Of a DNA stretch of 64,000 nt, positions 39,501 through 46,367 are shown piece after piece. Position 1 is the stretch's first letter; every line of letters starts with the position of its first letter. A model generated the notes under the pieces. It saw only the letters and a program-made list of their open reading frames with translations, made no database searches and was not told where the DNA came from. Both the position numbers and the translations under genes were made by a program. Source of the stretch: Heteronotia binoei (lineage: Eukaryota); NCBI RefSeq assembly GCF_032191835.1, contig NC_083236.1:53134001-53198000 (forward strand). Reading direction: 5' to 3'.

Positions 39501-40062
39501 AGTCCCGGTATTCTTTGGGGATCGAGGCGACCTCCTCGAGGGTGAGGCAGGCTCGCTCATTCCGGGGAGGCGGATGCGGCCCCCACTCGGGGCGCCAATG
39601 GTGGTGTTCGCACCTCCAGTCCGGGAATCGGACGATCTGCTCCTCCCACCTTATGTCTGGCTGGTGGCGGGCGAGCCAACCCGAGCCCATCACCACATCA
39701 AACGAGCAAGAGGGGGCAATTACAAAAGTTTCGATCCCCCAATGCTCTTCGGTCCCAACGGGGACCGCCTGCGTTTCTAGCTTACATGGCTCTCCCCTCA
39801 TGGGCCCCCCGTCCATCTGCTGGAAAAGCATGGGTAGCGGGAGGGGGGACGTGGCTAATCCTAGCGCCTCTACTAGGCGGGGGGTGATTAAGTCCCGGTT
39901 GCACCCCGAGTCGATTAGTGCTCGGGCATGCATGAACCGTTTTAGGTTCGGGTTGAGAAGGGTTACGGCCATAAACAATAAACCCCCAGTGGCTCTCACC
40001 GTGAGGAGTGCCGGCTGTTGCTGGACCTGCTTCGCGGCACCCATTAAAGCAGGTCGTTGTCG
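36556..40062 (-). CDS. pol: Pol: protease, RT, RNase H, integrase, chromodomain; in the -1 frame relative to gag
   Basis: ALIDSG protease, YLDD RT, CDAS RNase H, H-H-C-C and SMDFI...SDRG integrase, GPF module, C-terminal chromodomain (EILDSK...YYLIRWKHFPPSCDEW). The frame is open from the slippery site at 40062; the ORF track starts it at the ATG at 40044. Confidence 0.95.
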   Translation of the reverse strand, partial: RQRPALMGAAKQVQQQPALLTVRATGGLLFMAVTLLNPNLKRFMHARALIDSGCNRDLITPRLVEALGLATSPLPLPMLFQQMDGGPMRGEPCKLETQAVPVGTEEHWGIETFVIAPSCSFDVVMGSGWLARHQPDIRWEEQIVRFPDWRCEHHHWRPEWGPHPPPRNERACLTLEEVASIPKEYRDLKLAFSEKEADELPPHRPTDCAIELIPGQQLPKAKLYSMGWAEKAELRKFLDKNLKRGFIRPATAPHAAPVLFRKKKDGSLRLCTDFRSINGISMSNAYPIPLIKDLLNTVATGKIFTKLDLRDAYFRVRIREGDEWKTAFNTPLGQFEYLVMPFGLQGAPGVFMNFINEVLREFLFKGVVVYLDDIIIYSPDLKSHVPLVRKVLSTLCKHKLYAKLSKCEFHKTELDYLGFRVSGEGLSMDPAKVQAVLDWEPPRTRKQLQSFLGFANFYRDFIKGFATIMLPLTELLKTKGKGAEAKKPGARLTWTPECQKAFTELKRLFTSEPVLAHPDELKPFVVQCDASDAAVGAILMQRGDNGVLRPCAYISRKFSNEQKNWSVWDKEAFAVMFALKTWRSWLEGARVPFEIWTDHKNLEALTGRRKMTAKQIRWAGFFAKFDFVLKHIPGTKNFLADALSRLPQHESLREEVVDSLIPPSAIAGGVTTRSGKRIGPPEPDLLSQLVAETAREADQPPNLRKSEDGLLLHNEKIYVPSSLRKQILEHCHSSRLAGHFGYVKTLNLLTRQFWWPRLKRDVSEFVLSCPTCLMAKRRGGKPPGHLVPLPTATRPWSVVSMDFIVELPPSQGKTVILVVVDTFSKQAHFIPCKQLPTAKKLAQLFFTHIVRLHSFPDKVISDRGTQFVANFWREFCKLAGIEQGLSSAYHPQSDGQTERVNSLLEQYLRCFINFQQSNWVDLLPFAEYGYNNSLHSSTKTSPFQIINGYEGKPFPTLPLPATPSEPTSCQQWWEGLRESWKGIQENLEEAKKAYKKQFDKKHSPEWELRVGDTVFLSTKNLPLPQPCRKLALKFLGPFRIKRVINKVTAELELPKSLSKIHPVFHCSLLRKDPGATSFHPRAPPPPPTTVRGQSHHEVHEILDSKVKRGKLYYLIRWKHFPPSCDEWVESQNVAAPQLLKKFHLLYPHKPKPPPPGGGRLGGAVCQNL
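36573..36597 (-). promoter_or_regulatory. Polypurine tract
   Basis: GGGGGAGGGCGCTTAGGGGGGGCAG followed by TA then the TG of the 3' LTR. Confidence 0.85.
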
Positions 40063-40068
40063 TTTCCC
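40006..40068 (-). promoter_or_regulatory. -1 programmed ribosomal frameshift signal: G GGA AAC slippery heptamer + H-type pseudoknot
   Basis: Heptamer 40068-40062 in gag phase; 6-nt spacer; stem 1 GACCTGCTT (40055-40047) / AAGCAGGTC (40032-40024); loop GGGTGCCG pairs with CGGCACTC (40013-40006). Confidence 0.88.
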
Positions 40069-41624
40069 GCCGACTCGGTGTCGTCCGACTCCCCGGTCGA
40101 TTCTTCCACGGTTTCTGGTTCGGCGGTAAAATCCTCGTCAGTCGCCAAGGTGGTGGCGACGGAGCCCCGTCCGGGCTCTTTCGGCCGACTACTCTTTTTC
40201 TTCTTGGGCCCCGATGCGGTTGGCCTGGCTGTCGGCGGGGTGGACCCCGCTTTGGCTGGGCAGTTGGAGGCGAGGTGGTCCGGGTCGCCGCACCGGTAAC
40301 ACTTTCGGGCAGTGGTGGGGGTCGAGGTTGTCGGGGCCCGTCGCCCCTCCGCCTTGGTGGGTGTGGATTTCAACCCCTTCTTCGCCAGTTGCTGTCGGCG
40401 AAGCCCCACGTGCTGGATGTTGGTCTCGACCTCTCCGGCTAGCTGGATCCACCCGACCAAGGTGTCGGGTCGCCCGTGGCTGTAGCAGCGGTCGAGGACG
40501 TTCGGGTTCAGCCCGTTACAAAAAGCAGTATATTTCATAATCTCGTTCCACCCTCTCACTGCCGCGCAGTAGCCCAGGAACTCCGTGGCATACTCGCGAA
40601 TGGATCGGTTGCCTTGTTCGATGCGCTGGAGGGCTGCGATGGCTTTCTCCTCGCGGAGCGGGTCGCCGTACTGGCGGAGCATGGCGTGCAGGAACCCCGC
40701 TACAGTTGCTAGCTCGGGCTTCCTCGCGGTGAACAGCCCGACGTACCATTTGCGGGCTGGACCTCTCAGTCGGGACGCAATGAGGTACACTCGGCTGGCT
40801 TCGGTCGGGTAGTCCGCACCCCAGTGGGTAAAGAACGTGTCGCACTGTATGGTGAAGTACTCCACGTCCTCTGGGCTCCCGTCGAATGTAATTTTCAGCT
40901 CTCTCCCCCCCCCTGCGACCGGGGGTGCCGCGGGTTGGGGCACCGGGGCCGGCAGGGCCGGTAGGGCTGGTGCAGCTGGGGCCGGCGGCGCTGGCGGTGC
41001 GGGCACGGGGACCGCCGGGGGCGCCGGAACTGGCGGCGCCGGAGGCGCTGGGACCGGCGGCGCGGGGGCCCCCGGGGCCGGAGGCGCCACTGGTTGTGGG
41101 GCCGGTGGGGCTGGAGCGGGCACCACCGGCGGCGCGGGAGCCAGCGGGGCCGGTGGAGCCACGGGCGGTTGCCCCAGCGGCAGCCCTCCCACGGGGATCC
41201 CCAGGACCGCCGTCTGCAAGGTGCGGAGCTGGTCGTAGATCGCGCCTAGGTTCTGTTGCATCTCCTCGGCCATCATAACTCGGGAGGCGTGTACGTCGTT
41301 GTGAATTTCCCGTACATAGTCGAACAGGTCGTTGCGGAGGCTCCGGACCGGGTCGTCCCCGCCTCGCGGTTCTGGACCTTCGCCCTGGTCGTCGTCTCCG
41401 TCTCCGCTTGCCCCGTCGCCCAGCATACTTCTGTACCGCTGCTCCGCCGCGTCGATCGCCGCCGTGGATTTCCGCGGGCTCCAGGATCGGGGTGCGGCGA
41501 ACGCGTCCACCGAGAAAGGTGCGGGCACCTTAATCTTGCGCCTCACCCCCGTCACCTTCGGGTCGAGCGGCGGGTCCTCCGTTGGAGTGGTGGGCTCTCC
41601 GTTGTCTGGAACCTTTGCAGCCAT
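40044..41624 (-). CDS. gag: Gag (526 aa): N-terminal helical region, Pro/Ala-rich linker, Ty3-type capsid, CCHC zinc knuckle
   Basis: Uninterrupted ORF starting 54 nt after the 5' LTR; FDGSPEDV capsid start, QGNRSIREYATEF major-homology-like motif, CYRCGDPDHLASNC knuckle. Confidence 0.94.
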   Translation of the reverse strand: MAAKVPDNGEPTTPTEDPPLDPKVTGVRRKIKVPAPFSVDAFAAPRSWSPRKSTAAIDAAEQRYRSMLGDGASGDGDDDQGEGPEPRGGDDPVRSLRNDLFDYVREIHNDVHASRVMMAEEMQQNLGAIYDQLRTLQTAVLGIPVGGLPLGQPPVAPPAPLAPAPPVVPAPAPPAPQPVAPPAPGAPAPPVPAPPAPPVPAPPAVPVPAPPAPPAPAAPALPALPAPVPQPAAPPVAGGGRELKITFDGSPEDVEYFTIQCDTFFTHWGADYPTEASRVYLIASRLRGPARKWYVGLFTARKPELATVAGFLHAMLRQYGDPLREEKAIAALQRIEQGNRSIREYATEFLGYCAAVRGWNEIMKYTAFCNGLNPNVLDRCYSHGRPDTLVGWIQLAGEVETNIQHVGLRRQQLAKKGLKSTPTKAEGRRAPTTSTPTTARKCYRCGDPDHLASNCPAKAGSTPPTARPTASGPKKKKSSRPKEPGRGSVATTLATDEDFTAEPETVEESTGESDDTESAGNDNDLL

Positions 41625-41665
41625 CGGGCCGGGTTTCCAGTTCAGATAAGCTCCGAAACAATGGG

Positions 41666-41676
41666 ATCACTGTTAT
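41666..41676 (-). promoter_or_regulatory. Self-priming primer-binding site (ATAACAGTGAT), 2 nt downstream of the 5' LTR
   Basis: Perfectly complementary to ATCACTGTTAT at 41785-41775 in the LTR, which lies 30 nt downstream of the TATA box. It lacks the TGG start of tRNA-type PBSs. Confidence 0.85.
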
Positions 41677-41678
41677 AA

Positions 41679-42171
41679 TGTCAGAACTTAAGAACTCCAG
41701 GCAGATCCCATACTTAGTTTCCAAGCTAGGATTTTATTAGAGAGAACTAAGAACTGTTAGATACAAGGTACAAGATAACAGTGATGGCGAGAGCCAGCAC
41801 TGGCCCAGTTTTATATAGTAAAACAAACAACCCACAAAGCTTTAATTCACACCGTTACAGGCACATCTGTCTTCCCACCAGTGCTATCAGCAAAGACGTT
41901 GCCTCCTTACTCTGAAGGCCACACGATTCGGCTTCAAAGGGTGTCAGTGTGAGAAAGTACAGAGATACAACATTATTCAGTCTACAGCCCCCAAATACTT
42001 TGGATACCATCGGGGCAGGGTTAACTACTACTCAGGCACTTCAGGTTAAGAAAGGTTACAATATGGGGTCGGTCTGGTTCAACGCTCAGGTCCACTCTAT
42101 GCATACTCGCCAACCATCAATTATACTGGTTCTACATTAAGCTAGCAATAATAAAGTTACAAGTTCTGACA
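41679..42171 (-). repeat. 5' LTR (493 bp)
   Basis: Ends TGTCAGAACTT...AAGTTCTGACA (11-bp terminal inverted repeat); no difference from 36078-36570 seen on base-by-base reading. Confidence 0.97.
41809..41817 (-). promoter_or_regulatory. LTR TATA box (TATATAAAA); predicted TSS 41785; poly(A) signal AATAAA at 41738-41733
   Basis: Canonical ~30-nt spacing to a CA initiator. Duplicated in the 3' LTR (offset -5601). Confidence 0.75.
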
Positions 42172-42288
42172 CTCTCCCAGGCACTGCTCTCAAATTTCTA
42201 GGTATTTCCAAACCCAGAACTGGCAACTCTACCTTGCGATAATCTGTAAGAATTCTCACAATTCTCTGGAGGTCTCATATTTTAATAT

Positions 42289-42404
42289 GCGTCTGATGAA
42301 GAGAGCTGTGTTCCTCGAAAGCTTATGCTACAGTAGAATTTGTTAGTCTGAAAGGTGCTACTGGAATCTTTACTATTTTGCAGCAACAGACTGACACAGC
42401 TAAC
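42289..42404 (+). mobile_element. Penelope-like element 3' fragment with minimal hammerhead motif
   Basis: gcgtCTGATGAagagagctgtgttcctcGAAAgcttatgc followed by gttagtctgaaaggtgctac; a degenerate tail-to-tail pair lies at ~9120-9290. Confidence 0.7.
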
Positions 42405-43354
42405 TTCTCTGTATCATATTTTAAGAGTTTTCAGTATTCTCACGTATATTCCTACTTGGTCATATGCCTTGTTGAACAACACATTGAAGCTAACTTACAA
42501 GTAAACATTGATAGGCTTATCCCATCCTTTGCAAGGCTTGATTTATCTAATTTAACTCATTTATAAATAGTCAATATACAGCTGAAAGCTACAGCTGCTC
42601 CAGTCTCTGTTTGCTTTGAAGTGTTAAGCAACTGACCAAAAAACAGTCTCAAAATGGAACACAAAACGTTTCACTTAATTATGTCTTCCAGAACCGAACG
42701 CCACTGCGGTTCTTAAAGTGCTTTGTTCCTTTTTCCTTATAAAGCATATCAAATTAAACAATCTCACTTTGTTCCAGAGCAAATTAAGAAATCCATTTAG
42801 TCATCTCAACGTATATAGAAATATATGGGCCTGTGGAAGCAAAATCAATCAATTCAGATTTAGCACTTCGGGAAAAAAAAGCAATCCCAATCATTAATGG
42901 GATTCGTTGACGTTATTCTCATTAGTAGTAAAACAACTTAATCCATCTCAACCTTTGTTGTAGCACAGATTGCCACTACAGAAGTCCTTTGCTAGGAAGT
43001 GGCACCCTTTTAAAGAGAGTTATCTTGGAACCAGATCTATTAAAAGATAAGTTATTCACCAGTAACTGGAATTCAGGCTCTAAGGACTTGAGTCAAGAAA
43101 CTGCTGATGCGCGTACAACACAGTTCCATGTTAACCATGGATTAAATGATAGTATTGTCTGCAATTTCCTTATATTGCCTCTGTCTTGAAAATGTTAGGC
43201 TTGATTTGCACATCATGGGCCCAGCCATGGTGTTGACCATTCATGCTTGGGCTGATGTGCTTGCTCTCCTTCCACTTACCCTGTATATGCTCAGATGGCC
43301 ACTCTCTTTGTCAGTTCTACAATAGTTTTCCGGCAACCAGAGCTGCAAAACCCA

Positions 43355-43604
43355 GACTGATTTCCCACTCACCTTATGCCGCTCTCACGTTCCTCTTCTC
43401 AGTGGGGCTTCTGTCCAATTTCACACTATCTGTCCTGGGGCTGCAACTAACGTCGGCTTTTTCGCGTGGCAAACAGAAACATCTAAAAAACAATATCTGT
43501 TTGCTGATGCTGGCTGCAGCCCCAGGGCAGATAGTGTGAAATTGGAAGGAAGTCCCACTGAGAAGAGGAATGTGAGAGCGGCATAACGCAAGTGGGAAAT
43601 GGTC
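43355..43604. mobile_element. Foldback MITE (~87-bp arms)
   Basis: ~43360-43446 pairs with ~43514-43600. Confidence 0.75.
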
Positions 43605-43984
43605 ACAGTTTGCGTGTAATTGACATTTTGGCTGACAGGCAGAGTTCAGCTTGTGCCAATTCAATGGTGAGGGAGGGTGGGAATTGCAGCACTCAACAGA
43701 GGAGGGAGCGTGACCATGCTTCTGGTGCTTCTACCAGTAATGCTACTTGGGTTGCTGTTTGTTTGACCAGGAAACATAGCTAAAACTAATGAGGTTTAGC
43801 GGTCCAACAAGCTATCACTACTATCAAACATTTTGCACTCTGCAAAGTTTTCTGTTGTTCCTTGTCACTTAGCAACCATGAAGCAAAATTATTTCCAATC
43901 AAAGGAAGTATCTTCATTTCTAATATCTAAAAACCAAGGGCATTCAAGAAGAATATGATCAATAGTATCAAATTTCTATAATGC

Positions 43985-44250
43985 AAGAAGAATTGCAGAT
44001 TTATACCCCGCCCTTCTCTCTGAATCAGAGACTCAGAGCGGTTTACAATCTCCTATATCTTCTTCCCCCACAACAGACACCCTGTGAGGTGGGTGGGGCT
44101 CTCACAGCAGCTGCCCTTTGAAGGACAATCTCTGCCAGAGCTATGGCTGACCCAAGGCCATTCCAGCAGGTCCAAGTGGAGGAGTGGGGAATCAAACCCA
44201 GTTCTCCCAGATAAGAGTCCACCTACTTAACCACTACACCAAACTGGCTC
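43985..44250 (-). mobile_element. Squam3-like SINE
   Basis: Reverse complement of the 9510 copy; other minus copies at 7169-7404, 25215-25415, 32755-32928, 35784-36020, 55250-55514 and 56130-56410. Confidence 0.85.
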
Positions 44251-45797
44251 ATAATCTATCAGAGAATCATATGCCAAAGCCCCTTCCTGTCACAGCTGCT
44301 GCAGCATAAAAGCCCTTTTGTACCTTGGTAGAGACTAGGTCTGAAAATACTTTGGGATCTTCAACAGGGGATATATTCCAATAGCGAGAGAGGAACAAAC
44401 CCCACAAGACCTTACAACAGTACTGTTGTAATCTAGCTCTTTCAAATGACAATTCATATATATAATATGTTCAATACATGAGCAATAACATTTAGAAATG
44501 TCAACTTTATCTTCCAGTAACCTGTCACCAGTCCTTCAAAACCAAAGTTTCCATGACTTGATCCATAAAACCCTCTGGGCAGACTTAAAAGTGGAGTGAT
44601 GCTTCAGCATATACTGTTGCCTACTGGACAAGCGAAGTTTAGGTCTTGTCCCAGATACAATCTGCAGTGGTAATAGAGTGTGGATCTTCTTTCTCTGTGA
44701 ACAGCTCTACCCAAGTGTTTGGGTGTGCTTCATCCGTGCAATATCATAAGCACATGAATACCCCTCCACATATCAGTATGCTGTAGTTCACATACTTCAT
44801 TGCACTAGAGTGCAATGCTTCCCTACCATTAAATTAGTTTTCTCCATGTGACTCTCTTATTTTATAAACCTGTGATGGTATGGCTGAATCCCCAGAACCT
44901 TGTATGGGAGAGCTACGTGGCACAAACGAGATCTTGTACTAATTAATTCATATCCATATAGCAGGTCTTCTTCAAAGGATCTGAGACCACACTATCTCTG
45001 AGAAGCTGTCCCCTGAAGAACAGAGTTGGATCTCCTTCCATTAGTAGTTGGGTAGTACAGTCTTAAGAGCCCCGTGGCGCAGAGTGGTAAAGCTGCAGTA
45101 CTGCAGTCAGAGCCCTCTGCTCACAACCTGAGTTCAATACCAGCGGAAGCTGGTTCAGGTAGCTGGCTCCAGGTTGACTCAGCCTCCCATCCTTCCGAGG
45201 TTGGTAAAATGAGTACTCAGCCTGCTGAGGGAAAAAGTGTAGATGACTGGGGAAGGCATTGGCAAACCACCCCGTAAAAAGTCTGCCATGAAAACATTGT
45301 GAAAGCAGCAGCATCCCAGAATCGAAAACGACTGGTGCTTGCACCTTCTTTAGGACAGTCTTTGAACTACAGTCAAAGGTGTCTGCCGCTCTTTGCATGT
45401 TTCCCCTGCAAGTGACAATGATCTTTGCAGCCAGGGAAACGCTAGAAAGAGTTGGTCTGTAGTTGCTGAAGTGATCAGGACTTGATACTGCTGGTAGTGA
45501 AGAGGTTCATTGGGATATGCCTTGTGGAGCTTTGTCTCGGGACTCCAACAGGTAGAGAAATTAAATGTCGGATCGAACCAAGTCAAGTGTGAGTTGCTTT
45601 GTCAGGCGTGTTGAATTGGACTTAAGGCTATAAGAAGAGCCAGACCAGTGGTCCATCTAGTCCAGCATCCTGTGTCACACAGTGACCAACCAGTTCCGGA
45701 GGTCCAACAACAGGACCTAGAGGCCAAGGCCTTCCCCTAATGTTGCCGCTAAAGTACCACTGATAGACCTCCATGAATCTGTCTAGTCCCTTTTTGC

Positions 45798-46367
45798 TGT
45801 GTATGTGGACTCATGCAATATGTTCTACCAGGGTTCCTGCCTGGCTCATTGGAGCCGTGTGGAACTTGGGGACTCAGGAACAATGGGCAGTAGGATCCAA
45901 ATCCCTGCTGCCTTGGTCCAATCACAGGCCCCCTGCTGGTTCAAATGACCCAATGGTATTCTGGTGCAGGAACCTTGAACTGTATATAGTTGGCCCCATT
46001 GGCCTCAGTATCCAATCTCAGAGTTCAGCCGTTACTATGCTGTACTGAATAGAGAGCTATTTTCACTGCAACTGCGTCTCCTTCACGTGTTGAACCTACT
46101 ATATTATATTTTATTCAGTACAGCATAGTAACGGCTGTACTCTAAGACTGGATACTAGGGCCAACGGGGCCAACTATATACAGTTCAAGGTTCCTGTGCT
46201 AGAACACCATTGGGTCATTTGAACCAGCAGGGGGCCTGTGATTGGACCAGGGCAGCAGGGATTTGGATCCCTGTTCATTGTTCCTGAGTCCCCAAGCTCA
46301 GTCCACATGGCTCCAATGAGCCAGGCAGGAACACTGGTAGAACGTATTGCATGAGTCCACATACACA
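45798..46367. repeat. Long foldback: ~255-bp inverted arms, 60-bp spacer
   Basis: 45798-46051 is the reverse complement of 46112-46367 with scattered mismatches. Confidence 0.93.

Larger units (their letters stand above)
36078..42171 (-). mobile_element. Full-length chromodomain-containing Ty3/Gypsy LTR retrotransposon (Tf1/sushi group)
   Basis: Two 493-bp TG...CA LTRs, gag and pol ORFs in PR-RT-RNaseH-IN-chromodomain order, PPT and PBS-position motif; lies antisense in the PHKB intron 33634-58165. Confidence 0.97.
35673..42231. mobile_element. Old TAGGGTTGCC-type hAT MITE hosting a SINE and the LTR element
   Basis: Starts tagggttgttg at 35673, continues ...gtccttcccctctctaag up to the LTR, and resumes ctctcccagg...ctggcaactcta after it. 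Confidence 0.65.

Noticed and set aside
39515-41678. Many + strand ORFs (204, 144, 133, 140 aa etc.) over gag/pol
   Set aside because: Antisense shadows of GC-rich coding sequence. The Gly/Ala-rich ORF is the complement of the Pro/Ala linker.
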